From assembly GCA_038245785.1 (NCBI GenBank), contig JBBRSB010000014.1, positions 1 through 64,000 on the forward strand: a DNA stretch of 64,000 nucleotides, in the 5' to 3' direction. Shown here in pieces: positions 52,328 through 61,361 of this stretch (its first letter is position 1; every line of letters starts with the position of its first letter). A program made the translations under genes and the position numbers. Under the pieces are notes generated by a model. That model did not search any database. It had not been told where the DNA came from and was given only the letters and a program-made list of their open reading frames with translations. Source of the DNA: Gloeobacterales cyanobacterium. GTDB lineage: Bacteria; Cyanobacteriota; Cyanobacteriia; Gloeobacterales; PMM-0068.

Positions 52328-52488
52328 GGTTCTTCAGGATCTAGTATGCAAATCGCGACTCCAAAAGGCTGAAAGCTCTATCTAGCAAGAACTTCAGCAA
52401 ATTAGCGCCGCAAGACGCAAGAAAGCCTTGTCTAGCAAGCGTTTTAGCTCTTCAAGCCTCTAAGTGACATACTCAACCCGGAAGAGCC
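52328..52488. mobile_element. 161-bp MITE, ISL3-type ends
   Basis: 21-bp TIRs GGTTCTTCAGGATCTAGTATG / CATACTCAACCCGGAAGAGCC (16/21) flanked by exact 8-bp duplication AAAAGTTC (52320-52327, 52489-52496); no transposase. Confidence 0.85.
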
Positions 52489-52545
52489 AAAAGTTCTATC
52501 ATAATAGTACAAATCTTGAAGACAGATCTGCCAGGGCTAATCTGA

Positions 52546-53370
52546 ATGCAAAATCATGAATTGAATTTACTAGAGAATACTATTGATAGTTTTAACGAAG
52601 CTCTTAGGAATTATAAAGAGGGAGAAATAAATTTTAAGTCCTACAAATTTGCTATTTTAAACTTTTCCCATTTCATTGAACTCTTATTGAAATACTATGT
52701 CTCAAGAGCACATCCTTTGCTAATCTACAAAAATCCATTTAGTGACAAAATAAAACAACAAAGTACAATTGGTTTATGGGAAGCAGTTCAATTTATAAAG
52801 AATGAAGAAAAAACAATATCAAAAGATTTTGAAAGTGATTTGAAGTGGATTAAAAAGTTAAGAAATGAGATAGAGCATTATGAATTTAAAATGGAATTGT
52901 TAGAGGTAAAGGAGACTATTGGACGTCTCACCAAAGCTATCATTGAATTTATCGAAACATATATAGAAGATATGGATCTTGAAACATACGTTCATCCAGA
53001 TAATATGGAGACCTTTGAAATATTAGCTGATGAATATAAAACCCAATTAGCAAAAGCATTGAGCTTAGTAGATGAGGCTAATAGAGAAGCATATCGTGGA
53101 ATAAGACCAAAATTTTGGAATGAGGTGCAATGGAATGTTTATACATGCCCTGAGTGTGAGCATGAAACCTTGATGACAAATCATGATTCACCAACAGGAT
53201 ACAGATGCACATTTTGTAAAAACGAAAAATCTGAAGAGATAGAGGTTAATTGTAGCCATTGTGATTTGCCATGGCCAACTGGAGATATGTCCTTTGTGGA
53301 AATGGAAGATGGTGCAGTTGAGCCAATATGCCCACGCTGTGGTGGTGATCCTGATTATGTAGATGATTAG
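52546..53370 (+). CDS. HEPN-motif protein with C-terminal zinc ribbons
   Basis: IELLLK helix, RNEIEH (RxxxxH), four CxxC (CPEC, CTFC, CSHC, CPRC); very AT-rich. Confidence 0.75.
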   Translation: MQNHELNLLENTIDSFNEALRNYKEGEINFKSYKFAILNFSHFIELLLKYYVSRAHPLLIYKNPFSDKIKQQSTIGLWEAVQFIKNEEKTISKDFESDLKWIKKLRNEIEHYEFKMELLEVKETIGRLTKAIIEFIETYIEDMDLETYVHPDNMETFEILADEYKTQLAKALSLVDEANREAYRGIRPKFWNEVQWNVYTCPECEHETLMTNHDSPTGYRCTFCKNEKSEEIEVNCSHCDLPWPTGDMSFVEMEDGAVEPICPRCGGDPDYVDD

Positions 53371-53476
53371 TAAGCGCTGTTCAAAAATTAGTCAATAGCA
53401 TATTTCATTAGATATTGATCGAAGAAATTCATGGAATTTTCAAAGATTTACCTAATAGTTTTCCTCTAATGTCGGC

Positions 53477-54088
53477 TCATCCTGTCTGACCGAAATAGCG
53501 TAAGCGGTTATACGCTTCGCCCAACTCGACCACACTCAGCGAAGCCCAGGGTGGATTTAGATTCCAGTAAAACTCCAGAGGGGCACCGATTAAATCCAGC
53601 ACAAGAGCCCTGATTGGTCCTCCGTGACTGACTAGAAAAATTCGTTGGTCGGGGACTTTGCTGCGCCAATCTTGAAGACAGGCCATAGCGCGCTGGGCTG
53701 TTTCGCGGGCTGTTTCTCCTTCAGGAAAGGGAAAGTCCAGGGGTTTGGCACGCCATTCATCTAAAGCTCCAGGATAGAGGGCTTCCAATTCATCACCGCT
53801 CAACCCTTCCCAGGCACCAAAATTCGTTTCTGCCAGTCGATTATCACAGTGCAGTTCTGGTTCTCCAGGGAGGACGACTCGAAGAATTTCTGCCGTTTGG
53901 ACAGCCCGGCGCAGGGGGCTAGAAACCAGGATCAGTGAATCCGGTACGGTTTGTTGGCTCAACCAATTAGCTAAGCGCTGGGCCGCTTCGATACCCTGGG
54001 GTAGCAAAGGATCTTCATTTTGACCGTTAAAGCGATGCTCTATATTCAAACGGGTGTGCCCATGACGGGCCAGAAATAATTCTTCCAT
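53477..54088 (-). CDS. histidine phosphatase family protein (CobC/GpmB-like)
   Basis: LARHG, SSPLRRAVQTA, FGAWEG, LVSHGG. Confidence 0.92.
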   Translation of the reverse strand: MEELFLARHGHTRLNIEHRFNGQNEDPLLPQGIEAAQRLANWLSQQTVPDSLILVSSPLRRAVQTAEILRVVLPGEPELHCDNRLAETNFGAWEGLSGDELEALYPGALDEWRAKPLDFPFPEGETARETAQRAMACLQDWRSKVPDQRIFLVSHGGPIRALVLDLIGAPLEFYWNLNPPWASLSVVELGEAYNRLRYFGQTG

Positions 54089-54113
54089 TTAGTTCTTTAG
54101 TTAGTTTTCAGCT

Positions 54114-55688
54114 ATGACATTCAACGTACGCTCCACTATCGCTTTATCTACCATCCTCCGTAAACCCTTCGTCCGGGGACTCTTCCTCTCTAGCCTGCTC
54201 TTAAACTGCTGGAGCAATACAGCCTGGGCGCTGGGCGGGGGTATCCGCATTAACGGTGAACTCAAAGCCGCTGCTCCCTGGGCCAGCACGGAAGGTCATC
54301 CGGTGACGATTGCTGACTGGTGGATCGAAGAGCAAATGGGCGTAGAGCTTTTGAATAGTGAGCGGCCTGAAGTGCAGCCTGTGCGCTGGTTAGGCAAAGT
54401 CATAGAGCTACCTGTAGTTTGGCAAGGAACGGCTCAGTGGCTCACGAATCGCTATTTGGATGTGGCTCCCTTGAATGCGTTGGGATGGCAGATCAATCCG
54501 CAGGGAGAATTTTTAGATATCACCTTGCCTGTGCAAGCTCCTACGGTTAGCCTTGACCAACAACCTCCTATCACCTTAGACCCGCGCCAGAATCGTGAAT
54601 CCCGACAGGTCTGGGCCAAAGGACTGGTCTACCGCAAGCTGATCTACCAGACGCCCGTTCCTCAACGGATCAATATCCTGGAAATCGCTCAGACGAAGCC
54701 CTATGCGGTACTGCCAATGACCTTACAAGGGAGAGCCTCGGCGCTTTCCCAAATGACCCAGAATGCTCAAGCAGCGGCGGGTATCAATGGCGGCTACTTC
54801 AACCTCAAGATCGGCCAGCCCGTCGGTGCGATTAAGAAAGAAGGGCAATGGCTTTCTAGCCCAATTTTAGAACGCGGAGCGGTGGCTTGGGACAATAGAG
54901 GAACCTGGCGTTTTAGCCGCTTAGGCTTTACGGGAACCAGTCAATGGACCGATAAGACCGGGGCGAAGACCACAGTGCCCCTACTTGGTTTTAACTCGGC
55001 CTATGTGGAATCTGGCGTGGCTGCCTACACACCGATTTGGGGAGCCGCTTATCAGACCCGGACCCAAGGCGAAATCGTGATTCCGGTTATTGATGGAAAA
55101 ACGGAGCCAGCCTCTACGGTAGAAACGGCAGGAACACCCGTTCCGATTCCTGCCAATGGTCTCCTGCTGGTGGCGAGAGGCACAGGCCGTCCACTGCTAG
55201 ATAAGGATAAAAGCCAGGGAGGATTTTCGGTCACCCTTGCCAGTGGAGTAAATGACTCTGGGGCCGAAGCCCTACCGAATATTCTCGGCGGTGGACCTTT
55301 ACTTCTCCAAGAGGGCAAGAATGTCTTGGATGGCAGACGGGAACGCTTTCAAGCGGATGTGTTGATGGGTGCAGCCCCTCGCACACTGCTGGGCCGTAGA
55401 GGAGATGGAACCGTGCTGCTGGTGACGGTTGATGGTCGCCAAACCGATGCCAAGGGGATGACCTTGGAGGAAGCAACGAATTTCATGCAGAGTCTAGGCG
55501 CTGTAAATGCCTTGAATTTGGATGGGGGTGGCTCTACTACTTTCTATTTAGGCGGAAAAGTGCGTAATCGCCCTAGTGGCGGTCAAGAACGGGCGCTTCC
55601 CAATGGACTAGCCGTACTGATTCCAAAAGAGGTTCCACCAGCCCCAGCTCCCGTTCATGAGAGCACCTCGCCCCTGCTGCACCCTTAA
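54114..55688 (+). CDS. phosphodiester glycosidase family protein
   Basis: GINGGYF, GGGPLL, APRT, VTVDGR, ALNLDGGGST; signal peptide. Confidence 0.9.
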   Translation: MTFNVRSTIALSTILRKPFVRGLFLSSLLLNCWSNTAWALGGGIRINGELKAAAPWASTEGHPVTIADWWIEEQMGVELLNSERPEVQPVRWLGKVIELPVVWQGTAQWLTNRYLDVAPLNALGWQINPQGEFLDITLPVQAPTVSLDQQPPITLDPRQNRESRQVWAKGLVYRKLIYQTPVPQRINILEIAQTKPYAVLPMTLQGRASALSQMTQNAQAAAGINGGYFNLKIGQPVGAIKKEGQWLSSPILERGAVAWDNRGTWRFSRLGFTGTSQWTDKTGAKTTVPLLGFNSAYVESGVAAYTPIWGAAYQTRTQGEIVIPVIDGKTEPASTVETAGTPVPIPANGLLLVARGTGRPLLDKDKSQGGFSVTLASGVNDSGAEALPNILGGGPLLLQEGKNVLDGRRERFQADVLMGAAPRTLLGRRGDGTVLLVTVDGRQTDAKGMTLEEATNFMQSLGAVNALNLDGGGSTTFYLGGKVRNRPSGGQERALPNGLAVLIPKEVPPAPAPVHESTSPLLHP

Positions 55689-55703
55689 ATTATCGGATTT
55701 GTT

Positions 55704-55723
55704 TGTTACAGAGTGTGACAGAG
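55704..55723 (+). promoter_or_regulatory. HLR1-like (RpaB) direct repeat upstream of psaL
   Basis: TGTTACAGAG TGTGACAGAG 10-bp tandem repeat, upstream of TACTAT -10-like hexamer at 55750-55755. Confidence 0.55.
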
Positions 55724-55789
55724 CTTCGTGGTCTAAAAGGATATAACCGTACTATGTGGTGAAAGCAACAGTAGGAAAGGTTTTTCTGC

Positions 55790-56233
55790 ATGCAATCCCG
55801 CTACATATACACTGACGACCCACAGTCTGCCAATTTGTTCACTCCCGTGAATAACTCGCCGGGGATTAAGTTTTTCATCGATAACCTTCCCATTAATCGG
55901 AAAGGGGTCGCCCCTCTTTTCCGAGGCTTAGAAGTTGGCATGGCCCATGGGTACTGGCTATTCGGTCCTTTTGCCCTCTTAGGTCCTCTACGGAGTACTC
56001 CTGCTGGTCCGATAATCGGACTGATTGCAGCTGGCCTTCTTGTCGTGATTAGCACCGTCGGAATCTCTCTCTATGCTACGTCCCAAGTCGAAGACGATAT
56101 CTTTGGCGCAGAAGGGTGGAGCAACTTTGCTTCAGGCTTTTTGATCGGCGGTGTCGGCGGAGCTATTTTTGCCTTTGGCCTTTTCGTTTCCCAGGGAATT
56201 ATTCTGAATCTGATTCTAGGTAGAGCCGGATAA
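55790..56233 (+). CDS. psaL: photosystem I reaction centre subunit XI
   Basis: TPVNNS, FIDNLP, RGLEVGMAHGYWLFGPFALLGPLR, GWSNFASGFLIGGVGGA. Confidence 0.96.
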   Translation: MQSRYIYTDDPQSANLFTPVNNSPGIKFFIDNLPINRKGVAPLFRGLEVGMAHGYWLFGPFALLGPLRSTPAGPIIGLIAAGLLVVISTVGISLYATSQVEDDIFGAEGWSNFASGFLIGGVGGAIFAFGLFVSQGIILNLILGRAG

Positions 56234-56266
56234 CCTGATTAAGTTCGGCCATTAGGAGTCGGCTTT

Positions 56267-57745
56267 ATGCTGACTACGATTGTCACTGCGCAGCAAATGC
56301 GTGAAATAGAGCATCTCACCTTTGACTGGGGCATGCCTGTAGCGGCCCTGATGGAGAAGGTGGGATGCTTGCTTTTTGAGCGCATTAGGCAGTGCTATTC
56401 CGCATCCATCTATCCACAGGTGGGATTGCTCATTGGTCCAGGCCATAACGGAGCCGATGCTTTAGTGGTCGGTCGAGAATTGCTTCTGGAAGGCCGGAAC
56501 GTTTGGGCATGGATTAGCTCACCTGGCAAGGAATTAACCCAGGCTCACCAGCGCTATTTTGAACATTTGGGTGGCCATCTTGTCACGGATATTTCTGCAC
56601 TAGCCGACTGCACGTTATTGATTGATGGAATCTTTGGCTTTGGGCTGGAACGTGCTCCAGAAGGAGCCTATGCCGAAGCGATCCAATGGGCAAATCAACA
56701 GGCGGTTCCTATAGTCAGTGTGGACTTGCCTTCTGGTTTGCATACAGACACAGGACAAGCTCAGGGCGCAACGATTCGGGCTCAACGGACCTTTTGCTTG
56801 GGATTGTGGAAACGGGGTGTCCTGCAAGACGATGCGCTGGAATATACCGGGGAAGCAGAGCTGATTGATATCGGTCTTGCCCAGAGCTGCCAGCAGGCCT
56901 TAGGAAATATTCCCCTCTTTCAGACCTTGGATGCGGCAGAGACCTACAAACTTTTGCCGTTGCATCGCCCCCTGGCGACGCATAAGTATCAGGTAGGAAA
57001 GGCTCTTGTGTGGGCGGGTTCTCCTGAATATCCTGGAGCGGCAGCTTTGACGGGTTTGGGCTGTAGAGCCAGTGGAGTGGGCTTGGTGACTATGGCGGTG
57101 CCAGATGCCCTGCGGCCCCTGGTAATCCATCATCTGCCTGATGCTGTTCTCGTGAGTCCAACTGAAGACCAGGGTGATTTTTCACATTTCCAGGCGTTGC
57201 TATGCGGCCCAGGGATGCTGCCTAACCCAGATTTGCTTCAGGAGATTTTGAAGACGAGCCGCATTCCTGTAGTGGTAGACGCAGGAGGTTTGAGCAGTTT
57301 GGCGGGAAATCTCCCCTGGCTACAGCAAGCAACGATACCCGTAGTCCTTACACCCCATGTCGGAGAGTTTAAACGGCTATTTCCTGACATCGCTTTGGAA
57401 GACCGGCTCGATGCAGCACAGAAAGCAGCTGCCCAATCAGGGGCTGTAGTCGTGCTGAAAGGAGCAAGGACCGTCATTGCCTGTCCCGATAGGCAGGTGC
57501 GGGTGAATATTGAAAGCACTCCAGCCTTGGCCCGTGGAGGTTCGGGAGATGTTTTAGCTGGCTTGATAACGGGATTGCTCGCCCAAGGACTGGACGCTTT
57601 TGAGGCCGCCTGTGCTGGAGTCTGGTGGCACAGCCAATGCGGGATTTATTTAGAGCGGCGACGTTCTGTCCTAGGCGTAGACCCCTATCATCTGGCTCTA
57701 TCCTTGCCGGAGGCCCTGGTCTGGTGGAATTCCGAGCGAACATGA
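56267..57745 (+). CDS. nnr: bifunctional NAD(P)H-hydrate epimerase/dehydratase
   Basis: GPGHNGAD, DGIFGFG, VDLPSG, LTPHVGEF, LKGA, GGSGDVL. Confidence 0.94.
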   Translation: MLTTIVTAQQMREIEHLTFDWGMPVAALMEKVGCLLFERIRQCYSASIYPQVGLLIGPGHNGADALVVGRELLLEGRNVWAWISSPGKELTQAHQRYFEHLGGHLVTDISALADCTLLIDGIFGFGLERAPEGAYAEAIQWANQQAVPIVSVDLPSGLHTDTGQAQGATIRAQRTFCLGLWKRGVLQDDALEYTGEAELIDIGLAQSCQQALGNIPLFQTLDAAETYKLLPLHRPLATHKYQVGKALVWAGSPEYPGAAALTGLGCRASGVGLVTMAVPDALRPLVIHHLPDAVLVSPTEDQGDFSHFQALLCGPGMLPNPDLLQEILKTSRIPVVVDAGGLSSLAGNLPWLQQATIPVVLTPHVGEFKRLFPDIALEDRLDAAQKAAAQSGAVVVLKGARTVIACPDRQVRVNIESTPALARGGSGDVLAGLITGLLAQGLDAFEAACAGVWWHSQCGIYLERRRSVLGVDPYHLALSLPEALVWWNSERT

Positions 57746-58260
57746 GGCTTGGAGGCTTTAGAGCGTAAAGGAAAAGTCTCTTCTTGCTTGTCTGCTCCCT
57801 GCTCCATCGGCTTAATTCGGGTATACGCCTGGGCTTCTTCCAACGTCATATTCAGAACTTTTTCCAGGTCATAGACTTGCTTTTGGCCTGTAACAATAGG
57901 CATCGCTTTTTGAAACTGAGCGTCATAGCCACTGAGCATGAACTGAAGCATTGCTCTTCGGGGCATGACCCTGAAGGTAGGAGCCAGACGACAGAGGACA
58001 TCGAAGCCAATAATGGCAGCAAGGCGCGGGATGCCCAAGGAAGCGGCTTCTGCGCCACCGACATAGGCTTCTCCTGGAGGCGTGTTGTCGGCCTCCATCA
58101 GGATGTGGGTGACATCATGCCGTTCAATATGGAATTGGATCGCTTGGTCCACGGGCCAAACATTGGTCACTGGTATCTGATTGTTTGGATTATCAAAGCC
58201 ATGTTGCTTAAGTCGTTCTTCAAGCAGGACTTTAACGGTTTTTTTAAGATGGCTAGTCAT
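57688..58260 (-). CDS. hypothetical protein with Coq4-like HDxxH...E motif
   Basis: RHDVTHILMEADNTPPGEA; 58-nt convergent overlap with nnr. Confidence 0.6.
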   Translation of the reverse strand: MTSHLKKTVKVLLEERLKQHGFDNPNNQIPVTNVWPVDQAIQFHIERHDVTHILMEADNTPPGEAYVGGAEAASLGIPRLAAIIGFDVLCRLAPTFRVMPRRAMLQFMLSGYDAQFQKAMPIVTGQKQVYDLEKVLNMTLEEAQAYTRIKPMEQGADKQEETFPLRSKASKPHVRSEFHQTRASGKDRAR

Positions 58261-58284
58261 ACTTCTAGGTTAAACCAGATTCAC

Positions 58285-60111
58285 CTAGCTAGGACTACTC
58301 CCTTGGGGATCTAAGGAAGGCTGCGGCGGTTCCGATGGACTATCCACCGGACTAATCCAGCGACCATCCGGTAGGCTGCTCAGCCTTTCTTCCAGACTGC
58401 CGGGACGACCAATGGTTACACCGTTCCAGAAAAGTTCTACCACTTCCACTTCTCCCGTGCCAGCTGGTAGCGGTTCTAGAGGACCCATACTCTCAATCGT
58501 TTGTACGGCCAACGCAGAGTTTTCTGGAGACGTGGTGCTGTTCTCTTGGAGGGCCTCCGCTGAGACAATATCCCCCGAGGAAGCAATGCGATAGCGGACT
58601 ACGGTGTACTGGTCAGGCTTGGTATTGTCGAAGTACAAATCGTGATACAGACGAATCCGATAGGATAAGTAATCACTGTAGGAACGAGGAACTCCTGCTT
58701 TTCGCTGGGCTTTCTTCGGGGCTTGCTGTTTAGCCACTGTACCCTTATCGTCGAGGGATTTCTGAGCCAAGACCGAGGGCCTTTCTTTTACGTTTTTGGC
58801 ATCTTTGCCGTCTTTTCTTCCTTCCGGTTTCTTCTCGTGGCCATTAAGGGTCTCAGGGGCTGTAACAAGATCAAATTCAATGCCTCCAGGCTGTCCACCA
58901 CCACTCTTACCTTGAAGAATCGGGACCAAGACCAAAAGAACCAGTAGCGCCAGGTGACTTAAGTAAGAGCCGGAGATAGACTGAACCGTTTTTCTGCGGG
59001 ACTCTGGAGGCTTTAGATAGTCGAACTGTTGCAGTTTAGCGGTACGGTACGCATCCCAAATTCCATATAGCCAGAAGGCCCCACTGAGACCTCCAATCAA
59101 CCAAAGGACAGGGGATTCTGTGAGGCTAGCAACGAACTTCAGGGGCTCTTTACCCAGGGATAGGCCCCAGGATTCAAGCAGAATGAGCATGCCTAGCGGA
59201 AAGCTGAGGAGCAGCCAGGTAAAAACAAACAGAAAGGCATTGACAAAACCGACCCCGAACAAAAATCCGCCTTTCTGCCATTCTTTGTTGTAGGCTTGTC
59301 CCCCGCCTGGAATGACAGAAAAAAGCGCAGCCAAAACTGGGTTGCGGGGAGTCATCGCAGGAGACACCCAAGCTGGAGCAGGCGCCGGTATCGTTCCTCC
59401 CCAAGTGGGAGAAATCGCTCGACTCTTTTGGCATAGACGAAAACCAAGCCAGGCAAACCAGCCTAAGAAAATACACAGTCCCCATTCCGCGAACGGATTG
59501 GTTTGAAAGGCTAAAAAATCATAAAAACCGTGGGCCAGGGTTGCCCAGAACAGTCCCTGCAGCAGAAATCCCCAAGAAGCTTTTTTCCCTTCGTCAACTT
59601 CTAGAATCCTCGCTTTCCCGAGATACCATCCCAACAGTACACCGAGCAAACCATGCATCGGGACTGCCGTAACTGCTCTTAGCAGAGCGGTATTCAGGCC
59701 ATTTTCCAGGACGTAGTAGATATTCTCAATCGCCCCAAAACTTAATCCAACGGTGCCTGCATAGAGCACGCCATCATAGGGCTCTTTAAATTGTTTATTG
59801 GGCCAGATAAGCGCTCTAAACATTAGATACTTAGCGCCTTCTTCCACTAAACCTACGGCGAGGAACGTAAAGACAGCGAGCATCCCCAGGTTGGTGATTC
59901 CCCAGGGTTTCACCGTGAGCGCTGTTTCTAGCCAGTAGGCAATGAAGGCGGCCCCCAGCCCTCCAAGGATGGCGAGGGCGATGCTTTGCAGAGACCGGGG
60001 CAGTATCCAGCGACGCTTTTCGAAGCGCACGGCCAAAGCTGCCATCAAGACCAAGGCCGGGGCCAGTGCTGCGGCAATCAGAAAGTAGGTTTGGGGGACG
60101 GGTGGGTTCAT
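58285..60111 (-). CDS. PrsW-family intramembrane protease fused to a second membrane domain and a TonB-C-like domain
   Basis: VEEGAK, FGAIEN, PMH, HGFYD; NPVLAALFSVIPGGGQAYN..WDAY; Lys/Pro-rich linker; VVRYRIASSGDI...PLEPLP. Confidence 0.82.
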   Translation of the reverse strand: MNPPVPQTYFLIAAALAPALVLMAALAVRFEKRRWILPRSLQSIALAILGGLGAAFIAYWLETALTVKPWGITNLGMLAVFTFLAVGLVEEGAKYLMFRALIWPNKQFKEPYDGVLYAGTVGLSFGAIENIYYVLENGLNTALLRAVTAVPMHGLLGVLLGWYLGKARILEVDEGKKASWGFLLQGLFWATLAHGFYDFLAFQTNPFAEWGLCIFLGWFAWLGFRLCQKSRAISPTWGGTIPAPAPAWVSPAMTPRNPVLAALFSVIPGGGQAYNKEWQKGGFLFGVGFVNAFLFVFTWLLLSFPLGMLILLESWGLSLGKEPLKFVASLTESPVLWLIGGLSGAFWLYGIWDAYRTAKLQQFDYLKPPESRRKTVQSISGSYLSHLALLVLLVLVPILQGKSGGGQPGGIEFDLVTAPETLNGHEKKPEGRKDGKDAKNVKERPSVLAQKSLDDKGTVAKQQAPKKAQRKAGVPRSYSDYLSYRIRLYHDLYFDNTKPDQYTVVRYRIASSGDIVSAEALQENSTTSPENSALAVQTIESMGPLEPLPAGTGEVEVVELFWNGVTIGRPGSLEERLSSLPDGRWISPVDSPSEPPQPSLDPQGSSPS

Positions 60112-60346
60112 AAAGCGTGTTTTAGAAAAGCACGGGGTGATCTAATAAACCGAGTAATCCCAGTTTGCCCATTGTAAGGGATGGAGATTCTACGTTCCCT
60201 GGTAAACTCTATATGCCCACTTGGGTGGGTTCTATATCTCGTTATGAAATTTGAAGGTCAAGAGCATAGGCATGTTCCTGAAACAACCTTACTTTTCGAC
60301 TTCAAAGTCTTCTATGCTCACCCTCCAGCGATAAGGAAAAGAGAAC

Positions 60347-61075
60347 TTGCGTAGCATCGTCATTGCCGGAAATTGGAAAATGTATAAAATCCGCGCCCAG
60401 ACACAGGAATACTTAGCAGCGTTTCTGCCACTTATCCAAAATCGTCCGACCGATCGCAATGTAGTGCTATGCAGTCCCTATACCAGTCTTGAAACCCTGG
60501 CTACAGGCATAGGCAGTCAGAAGATTGGGGTCGGCGCTCAAAACCTGCACTGGGAGAAAGAGGGCGCCTTCACCGGAGAAATTTCAGCTTCCATGCTTCA
60601 GGAACTGAACGTTACCCATGTGGTGATTGGTCACAGTGAACGCCGAGAATATTTTGGAGAAACAAATCAGACTGTTTTAAAGCGCACCCAGGCTGCTTTA
60701 GTGGCTGGTTTAGTTCCGATTGTTTGTGTTGGTGAATCCAAAGCCCAACGGGATAGCAACGAGACGGAAGCCTTTATCTTTCAGCAGTTGGATGAAGGAC
60801 TGGCGGGAGTCAATCTAGACAAGGTAGTCATCGCCTATGAACCAATTTGGGCGATTGGCACAGGCGAAACCTGTGAATCAGAAGAAGCAAACCGTGTCAT
60901 TGGCTTGATTCGTCAAAGAATCAAGGGTGAGCAGGTTCCTATTCTCTATGGCGGGTCTGTAAAGCCAAATAATATTGATGAGCTGATGGCTCAATCAGAG
61001 ATCGATGGTGCTTTGGTTGGTGGCGCTAGTTTAGAAGCTGAGAGTTTTGCGCGGATTGTTAACTACATAGTTTGA
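60347..61075 (+). CDS. tpiA: triosephosphate isomerase
   Basis: AGNWKM, GAFTGE, GHSERR, AYEPIWAIGTG, YGGSV, LVGGASL. Confidence 0.98.
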   Translation: MRSIVIAGNWKMYKIRAQTQEYLAAFLPLIQNRPTDRNVVLCSPYTSLETLATGIGSQKIGVGAQNLHWEKEGAFTGEISASMLQELNVTHVVIGHSERREYFGETNQTVLKRTQAALVAGLVPIVCVGESKAQRDSNETEAFIFQQLDEGLAGVNLDKVVIAYEPIWAIGTGETCESEEANRVIGLIRQRIKGEQVPILYGGSVKPNNIDELMAQSEIDGALVGGASLEAESFARIVNYIV

Positions 61076-61080
61076 GTGGA

Positions 61081-61255
61081 TCCCCCTTTGCGTAGGGCTA
61101 TGATGTGCATAGATCTTGGAATCGCCCCCCTGCCCCCCAATTCTGGGGGGTTCTGACTCAAAGTCCCCCAAAGTTGGGGGATTTAGGGGGCGGTTCAGAC
61201 GAAGATTCGAGTTGGTTCCAACTTGTGTGTACATCGTAGCCTTGATAAGGGGGGA
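61081..61255. repeat. nested palindromic dispersed repeats
   Basis: Outer TCCCCCTT/AAGGGGGGA, middle IR GGCTATGATGTGCATA.../...TGTGTACATCGTAGCC, inner CCCCCAATTCTGGGGG and TCCCCCAAAGTTGGGGGATTTAGGGGGC. Confidence 0.8.
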
Positions 61256-61361
61256 ATGCAGAGAGTATGAAAATTCAAACAGCATACTTCCGATAACGTT
61301 CCCTTAAACAAGCACCTTTACATTGTGTTCGTTGCCTGAATCTAGGTATAGACATATTGTT

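Noticed and set aside
61031..61307. ORFs 61031-61285 (-) and 61116-61307 (+)
   Set aside because: They are translations of the palindromic repeat, not genes.
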